The position numbers were made by a program, and so were the translations under genes. Under the pieces are notes generated by a model, which was given only the letters and a program-made list of their open reading frames with translations, made no database searches and was not told the DNA's origin. A stretch of 64,000 nucleotides of DNA, taken from Vicinamibacterales bacterium. GTDB lineage: Bacteria > Acidobacteriota > Vicinamibacteria > Vicinamibacterales > UBA8438. How positions within the stretch are numbered: position 1 is the stretch's first letter; each line of letters opens with the position of its first letter. Of the stretch, positions 45,780 to 55,287 are shown piece by piece. Location: the NCBI GenBank assembly GCA_965207615.1, contig CBDBMZ010000003.1:3949855-4013854 (forward strand), in the 5' to 3' direction.

Positions 45780-47360
45780 CTACGTGGACCCGGTTCGTCC
45801 CGGACGACCGGTGGCGGGATCACCGGCGTCGTGACCGCGGCGCCGGTCCCGTGCACCACTACGCCTTCCCGGGACGCCTGCGAAGACGGCGTCGACATCG
45901 AGGCAGCGCTCGACCGCGTCGGCGAGGCGGTCGAGCTCGCGGTCGACCTCGCCGCGCCATGAGGCGGTGCCGTCGACGAGGCCAAGCGAGCGCAGCCAGG
46001 CCGTGCGGAAGTGGTCGTTTTCGCACGTGCCGTGCAGGTAGCATCCCCAGTGCGGGCCGTGGGCGTGCCCGAGGGCGCGCTGCCCGTCGGCGAGCCACGG
46101 TCGCACGTTCGGCGCGGCCCGGGTGCGCCCGTGGTGGATCTCGTAGCCGACGACGCTCTGCCCCACCTCGTCCCTCAACCAGGGTTGCGGGGCCTCGGTG
46201 ATGCGCGCGCGCGTCCGCCGGACCTCCTTTGCGGGAGCCAGCTCGGTGCTCACGTCGAGCAGTCCCAGGCCCGCCTCGTCGCCGCCGTCCTCGATGCCGT
46301 CGGGGTCCGCGATGCGGCGTCCCATGATCTGGTAGCCGCCGCAGAGGCCGGCCACCGGAACCCCGTCGGCGGCCAGGGCGCGGACGGCGTCGGCCATGCC
46401 GATGCGTTGCATCCAGCGGAGGTCGCCCAGGGTGTTGCGGGTACCCGGCAGGATGATGGCGGCGAGTCCGGGCGGCGCGGCGAGAGTGGCCAGGTCGCGC
46501 GGACGGCGAACCCAGCGGAGGCGCAGTCCGGGCTCGCGGCGCAGGGGATCGAGGTCGTCCAGGTTGGCGGCGCGCGGGTAGGCGACGACGGCCAGGGCCG
46601 GCGTGTCGTCGCGTCCGGAGGCGAGGACGGGACCGCCGTCCTCCTCCGGCAGGCTGTGGTCGATCCACGGGACGACGCCCAGCACGGGGACGCCCGTGCG
46701 TCGGCGGAGCGTCTCGGGTGCGGGGGCCAGCAGGGCCGCGTCGCCGCGGAAGCGGTTGAGGATGAAGCCGCGGAAGAGCCGACGGTCAGCCGCCGGGAGG
46801 AGTGCCCAGGTGCCGTACAGCGAAGCGAAGGCGCCGCCTCGGTCGATATCGGCGACGAGGAGAACGCTCGCGTCGGCGTGGCGCGCGACGGCCATGTTGA
46901 CGATGTCGGCGTCGCGCAGGTTGGTTTCGGCGGGACTGCCCGCGCCTTCGGCGATCACGAGGTCGAAGCGGTCGCGGAGCCGCGCGAGGGCGCCGGTCAC
47001 CACGGGCCAGAGGCGGGGCTTGCGGGCGCGCCAGGGGAGATCGGTCGTCACCGGGTCGTCGTGTCCGAGGCGGACGACGGCGGAACGGGTGTCGGCGAGC
47101 GGCTTCAGGAGGACGGGGTTCATGTCGACGGTGGGGTCGAGTCCCGCGGCCCGCGCCTGCAGGGCCTGCGCCCGACCGATCTCGCCGCCGTCGGCGGTGA
47201 CCGCGGCGTTGTTTGACATGTTCTGCCCCTTGAAGGGGGCCACGGCGATGCCGCGGCGGTGGGCGAGTCGACAGAGTGCCGCCGTCAGGAGCGACTTGCC
47301 GACGCCGGAGCCCGTGCCCTGAAGCATGAGAACGGGGGCGGGCCGGGTAGCCGCGGTCAC
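45780..47360 (-). CDS. cobQ: Cobyric acid synthase
   Basis: GTG 47360 overlaps the upstream stop (GTGA). An N-terminal P-loop reads LMLQGTGSGVGKS. The C-terminal GATase block is GLCGGYQIMG...GYEIHHG. Confidence 0.9.
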   Translation of the reverse strand: MTAATRPAPVLMLQGTGSGVGKSLLTAALCRLAHRRGIAVAPFKGQNMSNNAAVTADGGEIGRAQALQARAAGLDPTVDMNPVLLKPLADTRSAVVRLGHDDPVTTDLPWRARKPRLWPVVTGALARLRDRFDLVIAEGAGSPAETNLRDADIVNMAVARHADASVLLVADIDRGGAFASLYGTWALLPAADRRLFRGFILNRFRGDAALLAPAPETLRRRTGVPVLGVVPWIDHSLPEEDGGPVLASGRDDTPALAVVAYPRAANLDDLDPLRREPGLRLRWVRRPRDLATLAAPPGLAAIILPGTRNTLGDLRWMQRIGMADAVRALAADGVPVAGLCGGYQIMGRRIADPDGIEDGGDEAGLGLLDVSTELAPAKEVRRTRARITEAPQPWLRDEVGQSVVGYEIHHGRTRAAPNVRPWLADGQRALGHAHGPHWGCYLHGTCENDHFRTAWLRSLGLVDGTASWRGEVDRELDRLADAVERCLDVDAVFAGVPGRRSGARDRRRGHDAGDPATGRPGRTGST

Positions 47361-48190
47361 GGTTCGTCTCTCCACAGGGGCACCGTCTGCGGGGCGCCCG
47401 TGTCGCTCCCGGGCCCCGGGTGCGGCACCAGCCTGAGTGGCCACTCGTAGACGGCCTCCAGCGCGTCGCGAGACAGCACCTCCTCGGGACTGCCCCGCGC
47501 CGTTGCGCGGCCCCGGTCGAGGAGCAGGAGCCGATCGGCGAACCGCGCGGCGAGGTTGAGGTCGTGGGTGATGACGAGCACGGCAAGGCCGTCGGCGCGG
47601 AGCTCGCGCAGCAAGTGGAAGAGCTCCATGCGGTAGCGGAGGTCGAGGCCGGCGGTGGGCTCGTCGAGGAGGAGGATGGGCGCCTCCTGTGCGAGGGCAC
47701 GGGCGATGCGGGCGCGCTGGCGCTCCCCGCCGGACAGCTCGCCGAGCTGGCGGTCCGCGAACTCGCCGACGGCGCACCGTTCCATCGCGCGCGCCACCAC
47801 CTCGCGATCACGATCTCCCGAGCGCTCCCACGCACCGAGGTGGGCGTACCGCCCCATCGCCACCATCTCCCGCACGGCGACGGGAAAGGGGGACGACTCG
47901 GACTGCGGCACCACGGCGATGGCGCGGGCGCGTTCGCGGTCGTCCAGATACGGAAGCGGGCGGCCATCCAGATCGACCTCGCCCGCATGCGGCCGAAGCG
48001 ACCCCGACAGGAGCTTGAGCAGCGTGGTCTTTCCCGCTCCGTTGGGGCCCACCACGGCAAGAAGCCCCCCGGGTGCGACCGACAGCGAGATTCCCCGCAC
48101 GGCCGCCGTCTCCGCGCGTAGGTGCGTGAACGTCAGGCCGCGTCCCCGCAGCACGGGACGAGCACGGTCCCGCCCGCCACGCCCCGTCAC
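47357..48190 (-). CDS. btuD: ABC transporter ATP-binding protein (BtuD/FepC type; B12-type inferred from the riboswitch)
   Basis: GTG 48190 overlaps the permease stop (GTGA). Motifs are GPNGAGKTT, LSGGERQR and LLLDEPTAGLD. Confidence 0.9.
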   Translation of the reverse strand: MTGRGGRDRARPVLRGRGLTFTHLRAETAAVRGISLSVAPGGLLAVVGPNGAGKTTLLKLLSGSLRPHAGEVDLDGRPLPYLDDRERARAIAVVPQSESSPFPVAVREMVAMGRYAHLGAWERSGDRDREVVARAMERCAVGEFADRQLGELSGGERQRARIARALAQEAPILLLDEPTAGLDLRYRMELFHLLRELRADGLAVLVITHDLNLAARFADRLLLLDRGRATARGSPEEVLSRDALEAVYEWPLRLVPHPGPGSDTGAPQTVPLWRDEP

Positions 48191-49176
48191 CGCCGCCCGC
48201 CGCGCAGCAGCAGCGCCACGAAGAACGGCACGCCGGCAACCGCGGTGACGACGCCCGTCGGGAGCTCGGCCGGCGCCACCACCAGACGGGCTGCCGTGTC
48301 CGCCAGCAGGAGAAACGCCATTCCGGCCAGGAAGGACGCGGGCAGGAGCAGGCGGTGGTCGTTGCCCCAGGCGAGCCGTACCGCGTGCGGTACGATGAGC
48401 CCGACGAAGCCGATCACGCCGCCCGCCGCGACCGCCGCGGCGACCATCAGCGACGCGGCCAGGTAGGCCGTCAGCTTGACCCGCTGCACCGATGCGCCCA
48501 GGTAGTAGGCGACCTCTTCGCCGCGCGATAGCAGATTGAAGGCACGGGCCAGCGAGAGGACGGCCAGCGCGGCGGGCGCGAGCAGCAGCGCCAGCAGCAC
48601 GCTCGACCCCCAGTCGGCGCCGGACAGGTTGCCCATCATCCAGAAGATCGCCGAGCGGAACGACTCCACGTCCGCGATCGAGAGCAGCAGCAGGATCACG
48701 GCGTTGAAGAAGGCGCCGATGATCACGCCGGAGAGAATCAGCACGCGCGTGTCCATGCCGCCGGGCGAGGCGCGCCGGGCGACCTCCAGCACCAGCGCCA
48801 TCGCGGCCACCGCCCCGAGATAGGCGCCGAGGGGAAGCGTCCAGGGAAGTGTCGCGCCGACGCCCGTCACGACGACCGCCACCGCGCCGACCGCTGCGCC
48901 CCCCGAGACGCCCAGCACGTAGGGTTCGGCGAGCGGGTTGCGCAGCAGAGCCTGGAAGGTGCAACCGCTGAGGCCGAGCGCGCCGCCGACGAGGGCGGCC
49001 AGGGTGGCGCGCGGCAGCCGCAACTGCAACAGGATGGCCCGCTCGGCGCCGTCGGCGTCGCGCGCGTGCCAGAAGTCGCCGGGCCCCAGGCCCGAAGCGC
49101 CGAAGGAGATGCTCAGGACGATCGCGGCCAGGACGGTCAGCCCGAGAAGGGCGATGCGACGAGGGGTGCGCGTCAA
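48187..49176 (-). CDS. btuC: FecCD-family ABC permease (BtuC type)
   Basis: TTG 49176 overlaps the SBP stop (TTGA). Blocks LQLRLPRATLAALVGGALGLSG and GFVGLIVPHAVRL are canonical FecCD. Confidence 0.9.
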   Translation of the reverse strand: MTRTPRRIALLGLTVLAAIVLSISFGASGLGPGDFWHARDADGAERAILLQLRLPRATLAALVGGALGLSGCTFQALLRNPLAEPYVLGVSGGAAVGAVAVVVTGVGATLPWTLPLGAYLGAVAAMALVLEVARRASPGGMDTRVLILSGVIIGAFFNAVILLLLSIADVESFRSAIFWMMGNLSGADWGSSVLLALLLAPAALAVLSLARAFNLLSRGEEVAYYLGASVQRVKLTAYLAASLMVAAAVAAGGVIGFVGLIVPHAVRLAWGNDHRLLLPASFLAGMAFLLLADTAARLVVAPAELPTGVVTAVAGVPFFVALLLRGGRR

Positions 49177-50099
49177 TGTCCGTGCAGGAAGCGGGCCATG
49201 CGACGCGCGGCCTCGGCCGCACGCGGTCCGGGACGATTGAACAGGTCGCCGTCGACAACCAGGTACCGCCCCGTGCGGACCGCTCTCAGCTCTCGCCAGC
49301 CCGGCCCCTCGAGCCACGGCGTCCCCGGGGCGTCGGGGGCGTGGCGAGCAATGACGAGGGCGTCGGGATCGCGCTTCACGATCGCCTCTACCGACACGCG
49401 CGGCCACTGGCGGGCGGCGTCACCGAAGACGTTGCGGCCGCCCGCGTGGGCGAGTACCTCGTCGATGAAGGTCCCCGGACCCGTTGTCTGCGGGGGATCG
49501 TGCCAGACGGAGTAGTAGACACTCACGGGCTCGCGCCGCCGCACGGACGCGGCCACCTCGGCGAACGCGCCGTCGAGCGCGTCCACCAGCGCGCCTGCCC
49601 GTTCGGTGCGGCCCAGCAGCGCTCCCAGGCGCCGGAGGTGACTGCGCACATCGGCGATCGTCTGCACCTCGGCCCTGTAGACGGGAATGCCGAGCGCGGC
49701 CGCCCGATCTCCCACCGTGCGTTGCGCCGCGCCGGCCCAGGCAATCACGAGATCCGGTTCCAGGCCCGCCAGCGCCTCGAGATTCGGCTGGATGGTCCCG
49801 CCCAGAGACGGCAGATGCGCGAGCTCCGGGGCCCGGTCGAACCGCGTGCGTGCGACGAGCACGCCCGGGCCCGCCAGGGCGACGACCGACTCGGTGACAG
49901 AGGGGATGACCGAGAAGACCCGCCCGGCCGGGGCGGGGAGGGAGACGGTGTGGCCTGCGTCGTCCGTGACGGTGACCGCCGGAACCCGGGTGCTTTCGGT
50001 GGGCGCGCAGGACGCCAGGAGGATCAGGGCCGGCAGAGTCGCGAGAAGAAAGGACGACCTGCCCGCCGGCCGGACGAACGACAAGAGCGCGTTGTACAC
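49173..50099 (-). CDS. btuF: Periplasmic substrate-binding lipoprotein (BtuF/cluster-A type)
   Basis: GGGAGGGG RBS, then GTG 50099 and lipobox LLASC. The fold is BtuF-like (RVFSVIPSVTESVVAL...PDLVIAW...). It lies directly downstream of the riboswitch. Confidence 0.85.
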   Translation of the reverse strand: MYNALLSFVRPAGRSSFLLATLPALILLASCAPTESTRVPAVTVTDDAGHTVSLPAPAGRVFSVIPSVTESVVALAGPGVLVARTRFDRAPELAHLPSLGGTIQPNLEALAGLEPDLVIAWAGAAQRTVGDRAAALGIPVYRAEVQTIADVRSHLRRLGALLGRTERAGALVDALDGAFAEVAASVRRREPVSVYYSVWHDPPQTTGPGTFIDEVLAHAGGRNVFGDAARQWPRVSVEAIVKRDPDALVIARHAPDAPGTPWLEGPGWRELRAVRTGRYLVVDGDLFNRPGPRAAEAARRMARFLHGH

Positions 50100-50119
50100 C
50101 AGATCCCCTCCCTCGAAGG

Positions 50120-50325
50120 ATGGCTGCACGGGAACGAGGGGACCGCGTCTCCTGGCTAGAGGCGACTTCGTTCGCCTTCCCGGGAAATCCCAGTGGCCGT
50201 CGAACGAGTCATGCCGGATCCGCGCGTGGATCCGGGCCTCCTCACAGTGGCGGGGCCGCGTCGGCATTTGACCGAACTTCCGGTGGCCCCCTCGCGTCGA
50301 AAGCGCAGGATAGCACCATCGGGAT
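50120..50325 (-). promoter_or_regulatory. Cobalamin (B12) riboswitch
   Basis: Minus-strand motifs: CGGTCAAATGCCGACGCGGCCCCGCCACTGTGAGG (plus 50243-50255 holds CACAGTGGCGGGG). GGCCACTGGGATTTCCCGGGAAGGCG lies at plus 50173-50198. The B12 box AGCCAGGAGAC lies at plus 50147-50157. A CCCCTCG segment can pair with the RBS CGAGGGAGGGG. Confidence 0.7.
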
Positions 50326-50456
50326 GCGCGGGGCAACCCGCGGCAACCTCCGCCAACCGGCTTCAGGACGGTCGACTCCCCGGGCTGGAGCCACGCCTGC
50401 AGGTCCCAAGAATCTGGTCGTCGGTACCCGAGACAGGTTCTCGATGAGCCTTGGTT

Positions 50457-50580
50457 TGAAGCGCCGCTTCAGGGATTGTTCAGCAAGTCTTCAGGTTCAG
50501 AAGCGCCGCTTCAGGAAATCTTCAGCGAGTTGTCAGGTATGAAGCGTCGCTTCAGGGAATCTTCAGCGAGACTTCAGGCC
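50457..50580. repeat. 41-42-nt tandem repeat x3 with 15-bp palindromes and nine helically phased TTCAG pentamers
   Basis: The unit TGAAGCG(C/T)CGCTTCAGGGAATCTTCAGCGAG.CTTCAGG starts at 50457, ~50499 and 50540. TTCAG or GTCAG starts at 50468/479/490, 50510/521/532 and 50551/562/573. Confidence 0.85.
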
Positions 50581-50647
50581 GGTCGCGACGGGCTTCATCG
50601 TAGTCTCGATTGGATCAAACCCTTTCGCTTCCGGGAGTCTGTACTGA

Positions 50648-53032
50648 ATGACGAGGAACAGGAAACAACGCTGTCATCGGCGCCGCGGCATGACATTCAC
50701 GTTCGCGCTCGCGCTCTGGCTCTCCGGTGCGGCGGCCCAGGCGCAGATCGGCAGCCTGCGCGGCACCGTCACGGATCCACAAGGGGCGGTGGTGACCGAT
50801 GCCGCCGTTACTCTCGAATCGGCCGATGGCGCCGCGCGCTCGACCCGCACCGCCGCCGACGGCACCTTCTCGTTCGACGGCGTGGCCGTCGGAGACTACA
50901 CGCTGCAGGTCGAATCACCCGGCTTCGAGCCGGCGCGGCAGCCTGTCGCCGTAACCGACGGCCCCGTCGCCGTCGACGTGGTGATCGACGTGGCGGGCCT
51001 CGCCGAGGCGGTCAGCGTGACCGCGCCGGCGGTGGTGGCGCTGACCCAGCCGACCATCACCGGCAGCCGCCTCGGCATGTCGATGCTGGACACGCCGGCC
51101 AGCGTCCACGTGGTGAGCGGCGCCACGATACGCGATCGGGGCGACGCGTCGGTGGCGCAGGCCAAGAGCCGAATGGTCGGGGTGGCGACGCAAGCCAATC
51201 CCGGCAACGGCGGCGGCTCGGTGAGCTCGCGCGGGTTCGGCGGCACCGGATCGGTGATGCAGCTCTTCGACGGCGAGCAGTTGTTCGTCGGCGCGGGCAC
51301 CGTGACCTTCCCGTTCGACCCGTGGACGGTCGAGCGCATCGAGGTGATGGGCGGGCCGTCGTCGGTGCTGTACGGGACCGGCGCCATCGGCGGGGTCATC
51401 AACATCGTTCCCCGCCGGCCGAACACCGAGGTGCGCGAGAACGCCCTCCGCATCGGCACGGGCTCGTTCGGCACGTGGCGAGCCGCCCTCGGCAGCGGCG
51501 GCCCCATCAACGAACGGGCCGCGTATCGGGTCGACCTCAGCCACAACCGCGCGGACGGCTGGCTCGACCGCTACGGCGAGATGTCGAGCACCGCGCTCTC
51601 GGCGTCGTTCCGCTTCGAGCTGACGGAGAACCTCACCCTCACGCTCTCCGAGGACTACGGCGACCAGCAGCCCGAGCGCTACTGGGGCACGCCGTCGGTC
51701 GCCGGCCAGGTGGACGACAGCCTGCGCACGACCAACTACAACGTGAGCGACGGCCGGATCCGGTACGAGGACAGTTGGACCCAGGCAAGGCTCGAGTGGG
51801 AGCCGTCGGAGGGCATCCGCGTCCGCACCGGCGCCCAGTTCCTCAAGGCGGACCGCCACTGGCGCAACCTCGAGAACTACCTGATCGACCCGGCCGCGCA
51901 GACGGTGTTCCGCGAGTTCTATCTCGAGATCCTCCACGATCAGACGCAGTACGGAAACCGGACCGACGCGGTCATCGACCGTCCCCTGTTCGGCCGGCCG
52001 AACACGTTCAGCGCCGGCTTCGACTACACGCGGGTCCGCTTCCAGCACACCAACAACAGCCCCTACGGCGGCACCAGCTTCGTCGACCTGGTGGACCCCG
52101 TGCCCGGCGAGTTCGTGAACGTGGCCGGCACGTTCCCGAAGTACCGGACCAGCACCCACCGCGTGGCGATGTTCGCCGAGGACCGGCTGGAGGTCACGCC
52201 CGAGTTCTCGCTGGTCGGCGGGCTTCGCGTGGACCGCTATGACGTCGATCGCATGGACCTGCTGCGGGACACCACCGCCGGGGGTCTGTACAGCCCCGTG
52301 AGCTGGCGCGGCGGCCTCGTCTACTCGGTCCGGCCCGACCTGTCCCTCTACGGGCAGTACTCGACCGCCACCGACATCATCGGCAACGTCATCAGCAACT
52401 CGGCCACGCGACTGGCCCTCGAGCCGACCGTCGGCCGGCAGATCGAGGCCGGCGTGAAGCTGAGCTTCCTGGACGACCGGGGCCAGTGGACCCTGGCCGG
52501 CTACCGGATCGTGAAGGACAATCTGCTGGCGTCCGACCCCCTCAACCCGGGGACGAGGCTGCAGGTCGGGCAGCAGTCCTCACGCGGGGTCGAGATGACG
52601 CTGGGCCTGTCGCTGCCCGCGGGCGTCGGCCTCGATGCCAGCGTTGCGCTGCTCGACGCCCGCTACGACGACTTCGCGCAAACCGTCGGCGGCGTGCTCG
52701 TGTCGCGCGACGGCAACACGCCGCGGAACATCCCCGAGCAGCTCTTCAATCTGTGGCTCACCTGGAACTCGCCCGGCGGCTGGGGGCTCCGGGGCGGCGT
52801 GCAGCACGTGGGCGACCGGTTCTGGAACCACGCGAACACCGGGACCGTGCCGGGCTACACCGTGGTCGACGCCGGCGTGCGGCGCCGGCTGAGCGCGAAC
52901 GTCGACCTCGACGTGCGCTTGAACAACCTGCTCGACGAGCTGTACGCGACCACCTACTACGGGAACGTCGAGCCGCAGTGGTTCCTCGGGATGCCGCGCT
53001 CGGCCGAGGTCGCGCTCCTCGTCGGGTTCTGA
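50648..53032 (+). CDS. TonB-dependent (siderophore-type) receptor with N-terminal carboxypeptidase-regulatory-like domain
   Basis: GGGAG RBS, then ATG 50648 (alternative ATG 50690). The CarbopepD_reg-like block is GSLRGTVTDPQGAVVTDAAVTL...DGTFSFDGVAVGDYTL. A plug and barrel follow, and the protein ends in a C-terminal F. Confidence 0.9.
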   Translation: MTRNRKQRCHRRRGMTFTFALALWLSGAAAQAQIGSLRGTVTDPQGAVVTDAAVTLESADGAARSTRTAADGTFSFDGVAVGDYTLQVESPGFEPARQPVAVTDGPVAVDVVIDVAGLAEAVSVTAPAVVALTQPTITGSRLGMSMLDTPASVHVVSGATIRDRGDASVAQAKSRMVGVATQANPGNGGGSVSSRGFGGTGSVMQLFDGEQLFVGAGTVTFPFDPWTVERIEVMGGPSSVLYGTGAIGGVINIVPRRPNTEVRENALRIGTGSFGTWRAALGSGGPINERAAYRVDLSHNRADGWLDRYGEMSSTALSASFRFELTENLTLTLSEDYGDQQPERYWGTPSVAGQVDDSLRTTNYNVSDGRIRYEDSWTQARLEWEPSEGIRVRTGAQFLKADRHWRNLENYLIDPAAQTVFREFYLEILHDQTQYGNRTDAVIDRPLFGRPNTFSAGFDYTRVRFQHTNNSPYGGTSFVDLVDPVPGEFVNVAGTFPKYRTSTHRVAMFAEDRLEVTPEFSLVGGLRVDRYDVDRMDLLRDTTAGGLYSPVSWRGGLVYSVRPDLSLYGQYSTATDIIGNVISNSATRLALEPTVGRQIEAGVKLSFLDDRGQWTLAGYRIVKDNLLASDPLNPGTRLQVGQQSSRGVEMTLGLSLPAGVGLDASVALLDARYDDFAQTVGGVLVSRDGNTPRNIPEQLFNLWLTWNSPGGWGLRGGVQHVGDRFWNHANTGTVPGYTVVDAGVRRRLSANVDLDVRLNNLLDELYATTYYGNVEPQWFLGMPRSAEVALLVGF

Positions 53033-53179
53033 CATGCCCGCGGCCAGACCCTCGTGGCAGCAGTGCGGCAAGTCTGACGCGTTCCTCGAGGCGACTTCAG
53101 CAACTCTTAAGTTGGTGCGCTCTGCTGCCCGCCCTATAGTGGTGCGTTCCCGTAGTTCCCCTCGAGGACCATACGACCC

Positions 53180-54928
53180 ATGACGCGTTGGCTCGACTGG
53201 CGCAGATGGATGGTCTACGTCCACCGGTGGCTCGGAATAGCCGGGGGCGTCCTCTTCGTCGCCTGGTTCGTGTCGGGCGTGGTGATGATGTACGCCCGCA
53301 TGCCGGGAATGGCGAACGAGGAGCGCCTCGCGCGGGCCCCCGCGCTCGACCTCGCCGGTGTGACGCTGACGCCGCTCGAGGCCGCGCGCGGGGCCGGCCT
53401 CGCCCCCGACGGCGGGCCTCCCGCCGAGGCGACGCGAACCGCGGACGGGAACACCGCGCCCCGCCCGGCGGGAGCCCGCGTCGATCAAGTCAGAATCGGA
53501 ATGCGCGCCGACCGGGCCGTGTACCGCTTCGGCGACCGCCGCGACGAGCAGATCGTCTTCGCCGACACGGGCGAGGTGCTCACCCACGTGGATCGGGCCG
53601 AGGCCGAGGCACTCGCCCGCCGCTACGCCCCGGGATACGACGGCCCGTTCCACTACGACGGCTATCTCACCGAGCCCGACCAGTGGACGCTGCAGGCCCG
53701 CGGGCAGATGCCGATGCATCGCTTCGCCCTCGACGACGCGGACGGCACGCGGCTGTACGTGTCGTCGCTCACCGGCGACGTGGTGCTCCGCACGACCCGG
53801 AGCGAGCGCTTCTGGGGATACCTGGGACCGGTCGTCCACTGGATCTACTTCACGCCGCTCCGCAAGCATGGATCGGTGTGGCTGGAAGTCATCATCTGGA
53901 CGTCGCTCCTCGGCTGCGTGATGTGCCTCACCGGCCTCGTCTGGGGGCTCTGGCGCTACGCCCCGGTTCGACGGTTCCGCCTGCGGTCGCGCAGCGTCCC
54001 GGTGGCGTCGCCGTACGCCGGCCTGATGAAGTGGCATCACTACACCGGCCTGTTCTTCGGCGTCATCACCTTCACCTGGGCGTACAGCGGCCTGCTCTCG
54101 GTGGGGCCCTTCGACTGGTTCCAGTCTCCGGGCGTCTCGCGCGAGCAGCGCGAGGTGTTCACGGGCGGGCCGCTCCGGGTCGACCGGCTGGCCCTCGACG
54201 ACCTGCGGGCGGCCGCGGCCGAGATCGAAACGGCGTTCGGGGCGGCCGGCTCGCTCAAGGAGATCGAGGTCGTCCAGGTCCGGGGCGAGCCGTACTGGCT
54301 CGGCTACCGCGCGCCCACGAACGAAGAGGCGGCGCAGTGGATGCAGGTCGGGCTGATGCCGCGGACGCCGCGGCCCGTGCTGGAGCGGCGCTACGTATCG
54401 GCCACGCGGCCGAAGACCGGCGCATTCGCCGCATTCGAAGAGAAGCACCTCGGGGACGAGTCGCTGGTCGAGCTGGCCAGGGCCGCCATGCCCGGCGTGC
54501 CGGTGCGGGACGCGGTGTGGCTGCACGAGTTCGACGACCATTACTACGACTCGCGGGGAACACGGTCGCTGCCGGTGCTGCGGGTGCGCTACCAGGATCC
54601 GGATGCTACCTGGCTCTACCTCGATCCGGCCCGCGCCGGCATCGCCCTGAAGACCGACGAGAGCCGGCGGCAACTGCGCTGGCTGTACCAGGGGCTGCAC
54701 AGCCTCGACTTCCCGTTCCTCTACTACGAGCGCCCGCTCTGGGACGTCGTCGTCATCGTGCTGAGCATCGGCGGCACCGTGGTCAGCGCCACCACGCTCG
54801 TGCCGGCGTGGCGCCGACTGCGGCGTCACGCGGCAAGCCTCGGGCGGAAACGCGGCCGCGCCGGCGTTCTCCGTCAACGTCCCTGGTCGCCGGGGGGCGA
54901 GCAGCGCGGGCTGGACGGATCGGTCTAG
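53180..54928 (+). CDS. PepSY-associated TM-helix (PiuB-like) membrane protein
   Basis: The N-terminus WMVYVHRWLGIAGGVLFVAWFVSGVVMMY and an internal HWIYF...GLVWGLW block are typical of PepSY_TM proteins. These proteins commonly pair with TonB receptors. Confidence 0.85.
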   Translation: MTRWLDWRRWMVYVHRWLGIAGGVLFVAWFVSGVVMMYARMPGMANEERLARAPALDLAGVTLTPLEAARGAGLAPDGGPPAEATRTADGNTAPRPAGARVDQVRIGMRADRAVYRFGDRRDEQIVFADTGEVLTHVDRAEAEALARRYAPGYDGPFHYDGYLTEPDQWTLQARGQMPMHRFALDDADGTRLYVSSLTGDVVLRTTRSERFWGYLGPVVHWIYFTPLRKHGSVWLEVIIWTSLLGCVMCLTGLVWGLWRYAPVRRFRLRSRSVPVASPYAGLMKWHHYTGLFFGVITFTWAYSGLLSVGPFDWFQSPGVSREQREVFTGGPLRVDRLALDDLRAAAAEIETAFGAAGSLKEIEVVQVRGEPYWLGYRAPTNEEAAQWMQVGLMPRTPRPVLERRYVSATRPKTGAFAAFEEKHLGDESLVELARAAMPGVPVRDAVWLHEFDDHYYDSRGTRSLPVLRVRYQDPDATWLYLDPARAGIALKTDESRRQLRWLYQGLHSLDFPFLYYERPLWDVVVIVLSIGGTVVSATTLVPAWRRLRRHAASLGRKRGRAGVLRQRPWSPGGEQRGLDGSV

Positions 54929-55287
54929 CTGTCGCGGTAGACGCCGTGGCCGGCCGAGCACCGACCTCGCTCACCTCGCCGTCCGCGATTCAGAAAATCA
55001 CCCCGCGGAAGAACACCTCCCCGAAGCAGCCGGAGCCCACGGCGATGCCCAGGGCGGTGGCCGAGAGCGGCCCGGACCCCGACGCCCTCCACGTGGTAGT
55101 AGCCGAGCGCGGCGACGAGCCCACGGTCAGCGGTCAGGCAGCCGGCCGAACAGGGCTCCGGCCCGCGCCGCCGGCGTCGGGCACCTGACCGCCCACCCAC
55201 GCGCATCGGGTAACATGTGAGGCATCGGGCGACCGGTTCCCGTGGTGGCCAACACGTTGCCCAGACGGCCGAACGACGAGAAACGAG

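Noticed and set aside
50340-50647. A cobalamin riboswitch controlling the TonB receptor at 50648 (a btuB-like arrangement).
   Set aside because: All the B12 motifs I found are on the minus strand at 50120-50325 and face btuF. The plus-strand leader holds the TTCAG/palindrome array instead, and the receptor is paired with a PepSY_TM gene, which is typical of siderophore uptake.
54990-55124. A 44-codon minus-strand ORF ending ...GIAVGSGCFGEVFFRGVIF, reminiscent of the CPBP protease EExxFRG motif.
   Set aside because: It is far too short for a CPBP protease and carries only one partial motif. At best it is a fragment.
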